A stretch of DNA of 64,000 nucleotides from the NCBI GenBank assembly GCA_965216905.1, contig OZ244213.1, positions 214,903 through 278,902 of the forward strand, read 5' to 3'. The first letter of the stretch is position 1. Each line of letters opens with the position of its first letter. Position numbers and translations under genes: made by a program. Positions 18,540-29,393 of the stretch are shown in pieces. The notes below the pieces were generated by a model. It saw only the letters and a program-made list of their open reading frames with translations. It ran no database searches and was not told the origin of the DNA. The stretch comes from Acidimicrobiia bacterium (GTDB lineage Bacteria > Actinomycetota > Acidimicrobiia > Spongiisociales > ZC4RG35).

Positions 18540-19031
18540 ATGTTGACGACCTTTGATCCCGACAAGGGACCGCTGTTCCAAGGTGAGTTCACCGACGTTT
18601 CGGTGATCGACCCGGCGATCCCGGGCCACCGGCCCAACCTGGTCCTCGACCGGACCAAGGACTACCGAGTCCACCTCGAGTGGCGCATCCGCGGCTTCGA
18701 CGTGCCGCTCTACCTGGCGGCGCTGGCCAACAACTGGCAGGTGGCGGTGTATGCCGAGTCGATGGGTCCCGGCCCGGAGCGGCGAATCGCCGTCGACACG
18801 GTCGCCGTGGCCGATGGCACGAACAGCGTCGGCGGCGCCGGCGAACCCCGGGTGGCATGGGAGGCCGACCTCGATGTGTCGGCCAACTCGCTCCCGGAGG
18901 ACACCGGCGGCAACTCCGGCGTCTACAAGCTGGTCGCCACCGTGTTCCTGAACTCGACGCTGGGTTCGCCCGGCTTCGACATCGCCGGGTTCGCCGAGGG
19001 CCCGATCATCCGTATCGAAGATCCTCGCTGA
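18540..19031 (+). CDS. Hypothetical protein (predicted beta-rich)
   Basis: Clean 163-aa ORF with GC3-biased codons, RBS GAAGGGGG and a downstream hairpin; no recognised motif. Confidence 0.7.
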   Translation: MLTTFDPDKGPLFQGEFTDVSVIDPAIPGHRPNLVLDRTKDYRVHLEWRIRGFDVPLYLAALANNWQVAVYAESMGPGPERRIAVDTVAVADGTNSVGGAGEPRVAWEADLDVSANSLPEDTGGNSGVYKLVATVFLNSTLGSPGFDIAGFAEGPIIRIEDPR

Positions 19032-19046
19032 CCTCGTCGAAACCCA

Positions 19047-19078
19047 GTGAGCGGCCGCCGATTCCGGCGGCCGCTCAC
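19047..19078. terminator. 14-bp perfect hairpin between convergent genes
   Basis: GTGAGCGGCCGCCG-ATTC-CGGCGGCCGCTCAC, overlapping the typA stop. Confidence 0.7.
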
Positions 19079-20910
19079 GCGCGCGACCGTTTGGCTGCCA
19101 GCTTGCGATCGGACTCCGAGAGGTGGCGCTTGCGGATCCGAATCGACGCCGGCGTCACCTCCACGAGCTCATCGGCCGCAATCCACTCGATGGCGGCCTC
19201 CAGTGTCATCTGACGCGGCGGCGTGAGCTTGATGGCGTCATCGGAGCCCGCCGCCCGGATGTTGGTCAGTTGTTTCGCCTTGGAAGGATTGGCGATCATC
19301 TCCTCGGGTCGGGAGTTCTCACCGATCACCATTCCCTCGTAGACGTCCTCGCCGGCTCCGATGAACAGCTCCGTGCGCTTCTGGAGGTTGTCGAGCGCGA
19401 ACCCGTTCGACACCCCCGCCCGGTCGGAAACCACCGCGCCACCATGGCGAGTCGGAAGCTCCCCCACCCACGGAGCCCAGCCGTCGTGGTGCTGGTGGAT
19501 GAGGGCGGTCCCGCGGGAGGCGGTCATCAGCAGCGACCGGAACCCGATCAGCCCTCGGGCGGGCGCCACCAGAGTGACGATGGTGCGCCCGCGATCTCCC
19601 GGTCGGAGATCGACCACGCTTCCCTTGCGGGGCGCGACCGCCTGGGTGACCGTCCCGACGTACTCGTCCGGCACGTCGACCACGGCTCGTTCCAGCGGCT
19701 CGTGCGGGTGCCCATCGATCTCGCGAATGATCACCTCCGGCCGGCTCACCTGCAGCTCGAAGCCCTCGCGGCGCATGGTCTCGATGAGTACCGCGAGCTG
19801 CAACTCTCCCCGTCCGGCCACCTCGATCACCTCCGGGGAGGCGGTCGGACCGATCCGTATCGAAACGTTGCCCAGCACCTCGCGATCGAGCCGGTCTTTG
19901 ATCTGCCTGGACGTGAGATACCGTCCTTCCCGACCGGCCAGCGGCGACGTGTTCACCCCGAAGGTCATCCGCAGGACGGGTTCGTCCACGGTCAGCCTGG
20001 GAAGCGGCCGCGGATCGGTCGGGTCGGCCAGGGTGTCACCGATCTCCACCTCCGGAAACCCTGCGACGACGAACAGGTCTCCGGCGAACCGTTCCCCCAC
20101 ATCCCTTCGCGAGAGTCCGTCGAACCCCATCAGCCCCGTCAGTTTCCGCCGGATCGGCGGCTCGTCTTCTCCGGTGTGACACAACGCCACCTGATCGGCC
20201 GCTCGCAGGGTTCCGTTGACCACGCGACCGATCGCCAAACGCCCGAGGTAGTCGGAAGCGGCGAGATTGGTGACGATCGCCTGGAGGGGAGCGGACGGAT
20301 CACCGCCGGGTTCCGGGAGGGCCTCGACCACCGCGTCGAGCAGCGGGGCCAGATCGGCGTCCTCTCCCGGCATGCCGATCCCCGACGTCGACCGTCCCTG
20401 GCGGGCGACCGCCGACACGACCGGGAACTCGATGTCGGAGTCGTCGGCACCGAGATCGAAGAACAACTCGTACACCTCGTCGAGCACGGCCTCGGGGCGG
20501 GCGTCCGACCGATCGACCTTGTTGATCACCACCACGGCCGGGAGGCCGCGCGCCAGTGCCTTCGACAGGACGTAGCGAGTCTGGGGCAGCGGACCTTCAG
20601 CGGCGTCGACGAGCAGCAGGATCCCGTCGACCATCTCGAGAGCGCGCTCCACCTCCCCACCGAAGTCGGCATGACCGGGTGTATCGACCAGGTTGATCCG
20701 CACGCCCTTCCACGTGACCGACGCCGCCTTGGCGAAGATCGTGATGCCACGTTCCCGCTCTTGGTCGTTGGAGTCGAGGATGCGATCGACCGGCGCCTCG
20801 TGGGCCGCGAAGACACCCGTCTGGCGCAGCATGGCGTCGACGAGCGTCGTCTTTCCATGGTCGACGTGCGCGACGATGGCGACGTTCCGGAAGGAAGGGG
20901 TGCCGGACAT
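19075..20910 (-). CDS. typA: Translational GTPase TypA/BipA
   Basis: [51 protein letters not shown]. Confidence 0.96.
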   Translation of the reverse strand: MSGTPSFRNVAIVAHVDHGKTTLVDAMLRQTGVFAAHEAPVDRILDSNDQERERGITIFAKAASVTWKGVRINLVDTPGHADFGGEVERALEMVDGILLLVDAAEGPLPQTRYVLSKALARGLPAVVVINKVDRSDARPEAVLDEVYELFFDLGADDSDIEFPVVSAVARQGRSTSGIGMPGEDADLAPLLDAVVEALPEPGGDPSAPLQAIVTNLAASDYLGRLAIGRVVNGTLRAADQVALCHTGEDEPPIRRKLTGLMGFDGLSRRDVGERFAGDLFVVAGFPEVEIGDTLADPTDPRPLPRLTVDEPVLRMTFGVNTSPLAGREGRYLTSRQIKDRLDREVLGNVSIRIGPTASPEVIEVAGRGELQLAVLIETMRREGFELQVSRPEVIIREIDGHPHEPLERAVVDVPDEYVGTVTQAVAPRKGSVVDLRPGDRGRTIVTLVAPARGLIGFRSLLMTASRGTALIHQHHDGWAPWVGELPTRHGGAVVSDRAGVSNGFALDNLQKRTELFIGAGEDVYEGMVIGENSRPEEMIANPSKAKQLTNIRAAGSDDAIKLTPPRQMTLEAAIEWIAADELVEVTPASIRIRKRHLSESDRKLAAKRSRA

Positions 20911-20957
20911 GGCAGGCGGCATGGTAATCCACCTGACCAGACGTTCGATCCGCCGAC

Positions 20958-21482
20958 TCAGCCGCCGGTGACGCCGTCGATCTGCTCGCGCAAGATGTCC
21001 AGGTGGCCGAGATGCCGGGCCGTCTCCTCGATCATGTGGACGAGGACGAACCGGAGCGTGAACGGCCGATTCGATGAGGCGGAGACGTCGTCGAGCGCCG
21101 CACCGTCGGTGATCTCCCGACTTCGCGCGCAGGCCGATTGGTACTCCGCGACCAGGTCGGCGAGTCGATCGTCGCGAGCGGTGCGGAACTCCCAGTCGGG
21201 ATCGGATTCCCAATCGACCGAGGACCATGGCTCTCCGAGTCCCCGACCGGCGAATCGATCCACGAACCACGATTCCTCCACCAGGGTCAGATGCTTCAGG
21301 ATGCCTGAGATCGTGGTCGGAGACGCCACGAGGCTCCGGCGTGCCTGTTCATCGTCGAGACCGTCCACCTTGTGGACGATCCCCGCCCGGTACCAATCCA
21401 ACAGCTCGACGAGCAACACACGTTCGTCCGCCATTCGGACGGTCGGGAACGGACGATTCCGGGGTGGCGGACGGTTGGTCAT
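20958..21482 (-). CDS. DinB/DUF664 family protein
   Basis: [16 protein letters not shown] and [22 protein letters not shown]. Start uncertain (21509, 21482 or 21434). Confidence 0.9.
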   Translation of the reverse strand: MTNRPPPRNRPFPTVRMADERVLLVELLDWYRAGIVHKVDGLDDEQARRSLVASPTTISGILKHLTLVEESWFVDRFAGRGLGEPWSSVDWESDPDWEFRTARDDRLADLVAEYQSACARSREITDGAALDDVSASSNRPFTLRFVLVHMIEETARHLGHLDILREQIDGVTGG

Positions 21483-21511
21483 GGAGAGCGCTCTCGATCG
21501 GGCGGCCAACC

Positions 21512-23041
21512 CTATTCCGCAACGCCGCCTTCAGAGGTCCGCTTTCCGACATACTCCGCCAGCTCCGCCGCTACGCCGTCGTCCAGAGGCGGCAGCTCGT
21601 AGTCGGACAACACCCGGCGCACGATCGCGGCGGCCCTTTGTTCGGTGGTGACGGCTCCACCACGGTCCCATGCCTCGAAGTTCTGCCAGTCGGAGACGAG
21701 AGGCGAGTAGAACGCCGACTCGTATCGCTCGAGCGTATGTGGCGAGCCGAAGAAGTGGCCACCCGGTCCCACCTCGGCGATGGCGTCCACGGCCAGCTCG
21801 GCGGCATCGACCTTCAGCGGCTCGAACAGAGAGGACATCATCTGCAGCATCTCGACATCGACGACGAACTTCTCGAAGGACGCCACGAGGCCTCCCTCCA
21901 TCCACCCCGCACCGTGCATCACCAGGTTGGCGCCACCCATCACCGCACCCCACAGCGACATCTGGGATTCGTAAGCGGCCTGCGCGTCCACCGCATTGGC
22001 GGCGTTGGCATTCGACGACCGGTACGGCACCCCGTAACGGCGCGCGAGCTGGCCGCCGGCCATGGCTGCTCGCGCATACTCGGGTGTCCCGAAGGCGGGC
22101 GAGCCCGACCGCATGTCGACGTTGGACGTGAAGCCGCCGTAGACGACCGGTGCTCCGGGCCGCACCATCTGCGTGAACGCCAGACCGGCCAGCGCCTCGG
22201 CGTTCTGCTGGGCCAGCGCCCCGGCCAGGGAGGCCGGCGCCATCGCTCCCGACAAGGTGAACGGCGTGATCACCACCACCTGGTTCATGGTCGCCATCTC
22301 GATGAGTCCTTCGACCATCGGACCGTCGAGTCGGAGCGGCGAAGACGTGTTGACGATGGTGAACACCGACGGTTCCAGCAGGAGTTGGTCGACCGAGACA
22401 CCACGCCCGATGCGAACGATCTCGAGCGCATCGAGGATCCGACTCCGTCCGAGGGCGTAGGCGTGAAACGCCTTGTCGGTGAGGGTCACAAAGGCCGCGA
22501 GCGCGTCCAGATGTCGGGTAGCCGGCGGCAGGTCGGTCGGCTCCACCGGGTAACCGCCGAACAGGTGGACGATGTTGAACGATTGGCCGAGCCGGAGGAA
22601 GTTCTCGTAGTCGGCCATGTTTCCCGGCCGTCGACCACCGTCGAGGTCAGAGCTGTTGGGAGCACTGGCCACCGAGCAGAAGGCGACGTGATGGCCCCCG
22701 ACCACCACATCGTGATCCGGGTTCCTGGCGTGGAGCCGAAAGCTGCTCGGCGCCTTCGTAACCCACTCCATGACCAGGTCCGGGTCGAAGCGAACCCGTT
22801 CGCCGTCGACTTCGGCTCCGGACCTGCGGAGGATCGCCAACGCCTCGGGATGAAGGAAGTCCATGCCGACTTCTCGGAGCACTCGGAGCGATGCGTCGTG
22901 GACGGCTTGGACTTGTTCCGCGTCGAGGACTTCGATCGGTCGGTATGGGTTGATGACCCTGCGCCACTCCGGCTGGGCAATCCCCGAGGCGTTGCTCCGG
23001 GCCGCCCGGCGCTGCCGCCTCGCCGAGCGGTCACGTCCCAT
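21512..23041 (-). CDS. Trimethylamine methyltransferase (MttB) family protein, non-pyrrolysine
   Basis: SPLRLDG, TPFTLSGAMAPASLAGALAQQNAE, GSPAFGTPEY, HGAGWMEGGL; no in-frame amber codon. Confidence 0.92.
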   Translation of the reverse strand: MGRDRSARRQRRAARSNASGIAQPEWRRVINPYRPIEVLDAEQVQAVHDASLRVLREVGMDFLHPEALAILRRSGAEVDGERVRFDPDLVMEWVTKAPSSFRLHARNPDHDVVVGGHHVAFCSVASAPNSSDLDGGRRPGNMADYENFLRLGQSFNIVHLFGGYPVEPTDLPPATRHLDALAAFVTLTDKAFHAYALGRSRILDALEIVRIGRGVSVDQLLLEPSVFTIVNTSSPLRLDGPMVEGLIEMATMNQVVVITPFTLSGAMAPASLAGALAQQNAEALAGLAFTQMVRPGAPVVYGGFTSNVDMRSGSPAFGTPEYARAAMAGGQLARRYGVPYRSSNANAANAVDAQAAYESQMSLWGAVMGGANLVMHGAGWMEGGLVASFEKFVVDVEMLQMMSSLFEPLKVDAAELAVDAIAEVGPGGHFFGSPHTLERYESAFYSPLVSDWQNFEAWDRGGAVTTEQRAAAIVRRVLSDYELPPLDDGVAAELAEYVGKRTSEGGVAE

Positions 23042-23050
23042 GGACGCGCC

Positions 23051-25522
23051 TCATGACCGAAGGCAGTCCATGTCCGGGTCGAACACCGGATGAGCGGTGA
23101 CCACCGCCCGTTGCCGGGCGCCGAACCACACCACGTCGACGTCAGTACCTTCGGCCGTGAGATCCGCAGGGAGATAGCCGAAGGCGATCTGTCGACCGAT
23201 CGAGTACGAATGGTTGGAACTGGTCACGTACCCGACACATCGGCCGGCGGCGACAACGGGCTCGCCACCCATGGCCACGGCCTCCGCGTCCTCGAACACC
23301 AGACACGACCATCGCTTGTCGGGTTCGTTCGCGACCAACTCCCGGCACGCGTCGGAGCCGATGAACGGCCCCTTGTCCAACCGGACCGTCCAACCGAGCC
23401 CACTCTCGTAGGCGCTGTATTCGGTATGGACGTCGGTTCCCCATGCCGGGTAGCCCTTCTCGAGACGGAGCGAGTCGAACGCCCCTTGACCGACGGGCCG
23501 GATCCCCAGATCCTGGCCGGCCTCCCAGAGGGCGTCCCAAACACTCAGGGCGGCGTCGACGGGAACGTGCAGCTCCCAGCCCAGCTCCCCCACGTACGAG
23601 ATGCGGAGGGCCAGCACATGCGCCATCCCGATGTCGATCCACCGACCGGTGAAAAACGGAAACGCGTCGTTGGAGACGTCCGCCGAGGTGACCCGCTGCA
23701 GAACCCTGCGGGCGTTGGGACCCCACAGACCCAGGCAGGTCATCGATGCGGACACGTCCGTCACGGTGACCCGGTCGGAGCTGCGCACGTGCCCACTCAC
23801 CCAATCGAGATCCATCGGGCGAGTCCCTTCCCCCACGAACATCCACACGCGATCCTCGTCCACTCGCATGACGGCCAGGTCACGGCGCACGCCGCCCCTG
23901 TGGTCGAGCCAGGTCGTGTACACGATGCGTCCGACGCCACGATCCACCCGATTCGCACAGAGGTGCTCGGCGAAGACGCCGGCGTCGCGGCCCCGCAGCT
24001 CGATGATCGAAAGGCCGTCGAGATCGAACAGCCCCACCTTCTCCCGAGTGATCAGATGCTCGGCACCCTGGATCGGCGACCAGTGCTCGGCCGCCCAGCC
24101 CTCGCGCGACGGGATCCGCTCGGCATACCGTTCGATCAGGTCACGGTTGGTCTCGTACCAGTTGGGCAGCTCGATCCCTGCGAACACCGTGAACTCGGCC
24201 TCCAGGTCGCGATGCCGGCTGTCGAATGGCGTTCTCCGAACGTTGCGGGGCGTGGTTGGCGGCTGTCGCGGGTGGAGGATCTCGTACACCTCCCGATAGT
24301 TGCGATCACAGACCGCCCGGATGAACGCCGGTGTGGTCTGATACCCGGCGAATCGCGCCACGTGGACACTACGGGGATCCCACTCGGGAGCACCCTCCAC
24401 CATCCACTCGGTGAGCAGCTTGGCCACCCCGGCAGCGTGCGTCAGCCACGAGGCGACCGCCACCCACAGCCCGGCAGGCCCGGCGGGCCCGATGATCGGC
24501 ATGCCGTCGACGCTGAAGGCGAACATCCCGTTCATCCGCTCTGGGAACCCGCTCGGATCGAGCCCCCGGAACATGGGGAAGAGACGCTGGGCCGCGTCCC
24601 AAGCGGCACCTCCGAAGTCCCCTGGCGTGAAGTCGTGAATGGCGGACCGACCCACGTCGTGCGGCGACACCCGACGCGGGGTATGGAGGTAGCTCCCGAT
24701 TCCGTAGCGATTCCAGTGCTGCCGGAAGTACAACGCCGAGTCGAGATCCCTCACCGACGGAAACGTGGCCTCGTGGGACGGTTCGGCCGGGTCGAATCCG
24801 CCCATCTCGGGCAGAGGTCCGGTCACGACGTATTGGTGCTCGTAGGCCTGGAGCGGAAGCGGCACCCCGACCCGATCCGCCAGCACCGGCCCCCAGATGT
24901 TCGTGCAGAGCACCACCGTCTCGGCCTCGATGCGGGGCTGCTCGGGATCGTCGGTGAGAACGGCACTGACTCGCCCGTTGGTCACCTCGAGGTCCACCAC
25001 CTCGACGCCTCCTCGGAACTCGACCGCACCGTTGCGCGCCGCCTCGCGCTGGATGGCACCGTTGAGGTGCGGGGACGCCACCAGTTGGCCGGCGGGGACG
25101 AAGATCGAACCCTCCATCGCCGACGGGTCCAGCATGGGCACCCGCTCCGCTGTCTCGGTCGCATCGAGCAGATGCGCTTCGGCGCCGAAGCTCTTCGCCT
25201 CACCGGCCAAACGGATGAGATCACGCATCCGTCGCTCCGTCACGGCGACATCGACGGTGCCGACCTCGTTCACGGTGATGCGATCGTCCGCGTAATCGGC
25301 GAGAGAGGAGAACCGTCCGGCACCGTAGAGGGCCATCTGGGTGAGGAGCTTGTTGTGGCTCAAGGCAACCACGCCGCCGGGTGCATGCGAGGTCGAGCCA
25401 TCGTTGTGAACGACCGGTCCCTTGTCGACGACGAGCACATCTCGCCATCCCTGCTCGGCGAGATGGAGCGCAACCGAGGAACCGACGATGCCGGATCCGA
25501 CGATGACCACTTTGAATCCCAT
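23051..25522 (-). CDS. GcvT-family FAD-dependent oxidoreductase (dimethylglycine dehydrogenase/oxidase-like)
   Basis: VIVGSGIVGSS, GSTSHAPG, FAFSVDGMPIIG, then a THF-binding domain with ISYVGELGWELH and SLRLEKGY. Confidence 0.92.
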   Translation of the reverse strand: MGFKVVIVGSGIVGSSVALHLAEQGWRDVLVVDKGPVVHNDGSTSHAPGGVVALSHNKLLTQMALYGAGRFSSLADYADDRITVNEVGTVDVAVTERRMRDLIRLAGEAKSFGAEAHLLDATETAERVPMLDPSAMEGSIFVPAGQLVASPHLNGAIQREAARNGAVEFRGGVEVVDLEVTNGRVSAVLTDDPEQPRIEAETVVLCTNIWGPVLADRVGVPLPLQAYEHQYVVTGPLPEMGGFDPAEPSHEATFPSVRDLDSALYFRQHWNRYGIGSYLHTPRRVSPHDVGRSAIHDFTPGDFGGAAWDAAQRLFPMFRGLDPSGFPERMNGMFAFSVDGMPIIGPAGPAGLWVAVASWLTHAAGVAKLLTEWMVEGAPEWDPRSVHVARFAGYQTTPAFIRAVCDRNYREVYEILHPRQPPTTPRNVRRTPFDSRHRDLEAEFTVFAGIELPNWYETNRDLIERYAERIPSREGWAAEHWSPIQGAEHLITREKVGLFDLDGLSIIELRGRDAGVFAEHLCANRVDRGVGRIVYTTWLDHRGGVRRDLAVMRVDEDRVWMFVGEGTRPMDLDWVSGHVRSSDRVTVTDVSASMTCLGLWGPNARRVLQRVTSADVSNDAFPFFTGRWIDIGMAHVLALRISYVGELGWELHVPVDAALSVWDALWEAGQDLGIRPVGQGAFDSLRLEKGYPAWGTDVHTEYSAYESGLGWTVRLDKGPFIGSDACRELVANEPDKRWSCLVFEDAEAVAMGGEPVVAAGRCVGYVTSSNHSYSIGRQIAFGYLPADLTAEGTDVDVVWFGARQRAVVTAHPVFDPDMDCLRS

Positions 25523-25634
25523 GACGCCCCTCGGTACCGACTGCGGCGCGCATCGTAGAGGAACTCCGACTTCACCGTCCTCGGAAGCGGGCAGCCCAGC
25601 CCGGCCGGTCACGCCGGGTCGTATGATCCGGCGG

Positions 25635-27806
25635 ATGCGGCTGGTGTCCAACGGCGTGGCGATCGACATCGACGACGGCGACACGGTGCTCATCACCCAG
25701 CTGAGGGCCGGGCAGTTCCCTCCCGGATCCCTGTGCCTCACCGGAGACTGCGGCAACTGCCTCGCCACCGTCGACGGAATGCCCTATACCCGCACCTGCC
25801 AGACCCCGGCCCGTCCGGGGATGGTCGTCGTCTCACATGCCGCCGACCGGGAGCCACCGCTCCCGTCGCGAACCGTCGGCACGGAACCGACGGTTCGACA
25901 CCGTCACGAACGACTGGTCGTGATCGGCGGCGACCCGGCCGCTCCGAGGAAGAAGAGGCGGGCAGTGCGGTTCGATCCGGCAACCGGAGACCGCGTCGTC
26001 GGCGTCTACCCGGGGCGGCGAGTCGTCACCGTCGAGGATGATGTCGTCAACGTCATCGACGCCGAGCGAGTCGTTGTGGCAACGGAGCGGATGGACATCC
26101 ACCCCGTGTGCCCGGGCAGTCGGCTCTCCGGGATTCTCACCCCGTCGGCGGCGCGATCGCTGGCAGCGACCGATGTGGATCTCGGTCGAGTGGTGGCGGT
26201 GGGCGACCCGGTGGAAGGGTTCGAGGATCGCCGGGTCGACGGCCGGCTCGTCCGGTTCGAAGGCCGCGGACGAGTCGAGGCGGTGGTCGTGGTCGGAGAC
26301 GACGGGACGGAGACCGTGCATCCGTGCGACACCGTCGTCGTCAACCTTGGCACCGTATCCCGGGACATGTTCGGGCGCATGGGCGCACCCGAGGTGGAGA
26401 CGGTCGGAACGATGACCGAGCCGGACGAGGTGCCCGCCCTCCCCGATCAAGGGGTGGTGTGTCCCTGCTCGGACGTCTCCATGTCCGACCTGGCCGGCGT
26501 CGCCGATCGCGGGTTCGTCGAGCTCGAGTTGCTCAAGCGGGCAACCCTGGCGGGCACCGGAACCTGTCAAGGACGGGCCTGCCTCCCCTATCTCCGATCG
26601 TTTGTCGCTCAGCGCACCGCAGCTCCCCGACCGGCACCGTTCACTGCACGTCCGGTGGGCGTCCAGCCGACGATGGGCGAGATCGCGGCCGGATGGCACC
26701 CCCCGGCCTTTCGGAGGACGACGATCGACCCGGCGCATCGAGCGGCCGGTGCCGTGATGGATCGGTTCGGCGGTTGGTGGCGACCGTGGCACTACGGCGA
26801 CGTGACGGCCGAGTACTGGGCCGTGAGAGAAGCCGTCTCGATCGGCGACGTCTCCACGTTGGGCAAGCTGGTCGTGGCCGGACCCGATACCGAGTCGTTC
26901 CTCGATCGCATCTACCCGGTCCCGGTGTCCGACCTGTCCGATGGGCGCTCGCGCTATGTGCTCGTCCTCGATGAGGCCGGGTACGTGATCGACGACGGTT
27001 TGGTGTGTCGGGACGAAGACCGGTTCTATCTGACGTTCACCACCGGCGGCGCTTCCGCTGCGGAGGCGTGGCTCCGCGACTGGGCAGACACCTGGGAGGC
27101 CGACGTCCGCATCCTCGACCGAACGGCATCGCTGGGTGCCATCAACGTCACCGGACCCCTGGCAACCGACCTGCTCGAACGCATGGGTGCGACCGACCTG
27201 CCGCGCTTCATGCGGCACGATCGAGGCGAGATCGCCGACGTGCCATGCCGAGTGCTGCGGCTCTCGTTCACCGGCGAAGTCTCATACGAGCTCCATCATC
27301 CGGTGGATCGATCGGCCGAACTGTGGAAGGCGCTCATCGAGACCGGGAGGGATTTGGGCATCAAGCCGCATGGGCTCGACGCACTCTTCACGCTCCGCCT
27401 CGAGAAGGGCCACATCCTCATCGGAATGGACACCGAGCCCGATTCGACGCCGAAGCGGTTGGGCATGGAGTGGGCCGCGGAGGTCGACCCCGACCGATCG
27501 GCCGGACGCGACTACGTCGGACGGGAGGGAGTGGTCCGCACCTCGGCCATCCCACCAGATCGAACGCTCGTCGGTCTCGCCATGGACGGCCGGCCGCCGC
27601 CGGAGGGCTCGATCATCCGACTCGGCGGGTCGGTGGCCGGTCATGTGACGTCCTCCCGATGGTCGCCCGTCCTGGGTCATACGGTGATGCTCGGCTGGGT
27701 GCGGACCGACCGTGCGACGCCGAGCGTGGTGGAGGTCGACGACGATGAGGCGCTGATCGTCGATACACCCTTCTTCGACCCGTCCGGGGAGCGAGCCCGT
27801 GTCTGA
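25635..27806 (+). CDS. Sarcosine oxidase alpha-like subunit (compact; [2Fe-2S], BFD-like cluster and GcvT domain)
   Basis: LCLTGDCGNC...TC; CPCSDV...GTGTCQGRAC; MDRFGGWWRPWHY, DVSTLGK, SFTGEVSYELH, LRLEKGH. Start 25623 or 25635. Confidence 0.85.
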   Translation: MRLVSNGVAIDIDDGDTVLITQLRAGQFPPGSLCLTGDCGNCLATVDGMPYTRTCQTPARPGMVVVSHAADREPPLPSRTVGTEPTVRHRHERLVVIGGDPAAPRKKRRAVRFDPATGDRVVGVYPGRRVVTVEDDVVNVIDAERVVVATERMDIHPVCPGSRLSGILTPSAARSLAATDVDLGRVVAVGDPVEGFEDRRVDGRLVRFEGRGRVEAVVVVGDDGTETVHPCDTVVVNLGTVSRDMFGRMGAPEVETVGTMTEPDEVPALPDQGVVCPCSDVSMSDLAGVADRGFVELELLKRATLAGTGTCQGRACLPYLRSFVAQRTAAPRPAPFTARPVGVQPTMGEIAAGWHPPAFRRTTIDPAHRAAGAVMDRFGGWWRPWHYGDVTAEYWAVREAVSIGDVSTLGKLVVAGPDTESFLDRIYPVPVSDLSDGRSRYVLVLDEAGYVIDDGLVCRDEDRFYLTFTTGGASAAEAWLRDWADTWEADVRILDRTASLGAINVTGPLATDLLERMGATDLPRFMRHDRGEIADVPCRVLRLSFTGEVSYELHHPVDRSAELWKALIETGRDLGIKPHGLDALFTLRLEKGHILIGMDTEPDSTPKRLGMEWAAEVDPDRSAGRDYVGREGVVRTSAIPPDRTLVGLAMDGRPPPEGSIIRLGGSVAGHVTSSRWSPVLGHTVMLGWVRTDRATPSVVEVDDDEALIVDTPFFDPSGERARV

Positions 27807-28185
27807 GATCGTGCACTGCGTCCGACTGGCCGCCCGAGCAGACGCGCTCGACCGGCTCGACGCGCCCGATGGGTCGGTCCTCCGCCTGGCTCCCGACGAA
27901 GCGCTCGTGCTGGACGTCTCGATCGACGAAATCGGTATCGACGATCCCGATGCGATCGTGGTTTCGGAGACCGGATACGTGGGGATCCGGTCGGACGTCG
28001 ACACCGTGAGCCGATTCCTCGGTGCGGGAGCCGATTTCGTGCTGGTCGACCGCGATCCCGGGCTCACCCAGGGAATGGTGGCGGAACTCCCCATCAAGAT
28101 CTGGCGTGTTGAGGACCGGTGCCTGGTGATGGCGCCGACCCCCTTCGCCGACGAGCTGGCCGAACGTTTCGGAGCGATGACGTGA
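27799..28185 (+). CDS. Sarcosine oxidase gamma-like subunit
   Basis: VLRLAPDEALV pattern; size and position overlapping both neighbours. Confidence 0.65.
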   Translation: MSEIVHCVRLAARADALDRLDAPDGSVLRLAPDEALVLDVSIDEIGIDDPDAIVVSETGYVGIRSDVDTVSRFLGAGADFVLVDRDPGLTQGMVAELPIKIWRVEDRCLVMAPTPFADELAERFGAMT

Positions 28186-29393
28186 ACGAGTTCGTGGAAC
28201 GTCAGATCGATCTTCGCTGGAACGAGCCGCGGTCGACGTACGACGTCGTCATCATCGGCGGCGGGGGCCACGGGCTGGCCATCGCCTACTACTTGGCGAC
28301 CCGTCACCGGATCACGAACGTGGCGGTGCTGGAACGCGGCTACATCGGCTCCGGGAACTCGGGCCGCAACACCACCATCATTCGCGCCAACTACGGCATT
28401 CCCGAATCGGTGGCGTTCTACCAGCGGAGCCTGGAGCTGTACGCCGGTCTCGAGTTCGAAATGGACCGCTGGCTCATGCACGCCGAGAAAGGTCTCCTGT
28501 GGCTGGCGCATACCGAAATGGGATGCAGGACCGAACGGGCGCGAGCCATGATGAACACGGCATGCGGGTCGGTCACCCATTACGTGGAGCCGGCTGAGGT
28601 TGCCGCGATCTGTCCTCAGATCGACCTCTCCGGAGGCGGCCGCTACCCGGTGATGGGCGGCTCGTATCACCCGCATGCGGCGACTGCCCGTCACGACCGA
28701 GTCGTGTGGGCGTTCGCCGAGGGTGCGATGCGCGAGGGGGTTCACGTTCACCAACGCACCCCGGTGACCGGCCTCGTCGTCGACACCGATCGAGTGGTCG
28801 GTGTGCAGACACCCCACGGACCGATCGGGGCGGGAACCGTCGTGAGCGCAGTGGGAGGTCAGGTCTCCCAAATCGGCGCGATAGCCGGTGTCCGGCTCCC
28901 CATCCGGACGCATCCACTCCAGGCGTTCGTCACGAATCACTATCAGCGAACCTTCGACGGCATCGTCGCCTCGGCGGAGTTGACCTTCTACGTCTCGCAG
29001 ACGGCCCGGGGCGAGATGTTGCTCGGGGCGGAGATCGACAGACAACCCGGCTACGACTACCGATCCACCTACGAGTACTTGCGAAACACCAGCGGCAAAG
29101 CGCTGACACTGCTTCCGTTTCTGCGGGACCTGCGAATCCTGCGCCAGTGGGCAGGAGTGTGTGACATGACCCCGGATTCGTCACCGATCCTCGGAGAGAC
29201 GGGAGTCGAAGGCTTCCTCGTTTCGACCGGATGGGGCACGTGGGGGTTCAAGGCGATCCCGGCGGCAGGTGAACAGATGGCCGAGCTGATCGCCACCGGG
29301 GAACCGCCCGACCTCATCGCCCCCTTCGGACTCGGCCGGTTCGCCGGTGATCGGCTGCTGGCCGACGCCGGTTCGACGGGGACCCAGCACTGA
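28182..29393 (+). CDS. soxB: Sarcosine oxidase beta subunit family
   Basis: YDVVIIGGGGHGLAIAYYLA, GNSGRNTTIIRANY, ARHDRVVW, GWGTWGFKAIP. Confidence 0.92.
   Translation: MNEFVERQIDLRWNEPRSTYDVVIIGGGGHGLAIAYYLATRHRITNVAVLERGYIGSGNSGRNTTIIRANYGIPESVAFYQRSLELYAGLEFEMDRWLMHAEKGLLWLAHTEMGCRTERARAMMNTACGSVTHYVEPAEVAAICPQIDLSGGGRYPVMGGSYHPHAATARHDRVVWAFAEGAMREGVHVHQRTPVTGLVVDTDRVVGVQTPHGPIGAGTVVSAVGGQVSQIGAIAGVRLPIRTHPLQAFVTNHYQRTFDGIVASAELTFYVSQTARGEMLLGAEIDRQPGYDYRSTYEYLRNTSGKALTLLPFLRDLRILRQWAGVCDMTPDSSPILGETGVEGFLVSTGWGTWGFKAIPAAGEQMAELIATGEPPDLIAPFGLGRFAGDRLLADAGSTGTQH

Noticed and set aside
21512-23041. Pyrrolysine-containing MttB
   Set aside because: The 509-aa frame has no internal TAG and no pyl genes are seen.
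25523-25634. Glycine riboswitch between the GcvT-family genes
   Set aside because: No GGAGA...CCGAAG...CUCUCAGG pattern on either strand.
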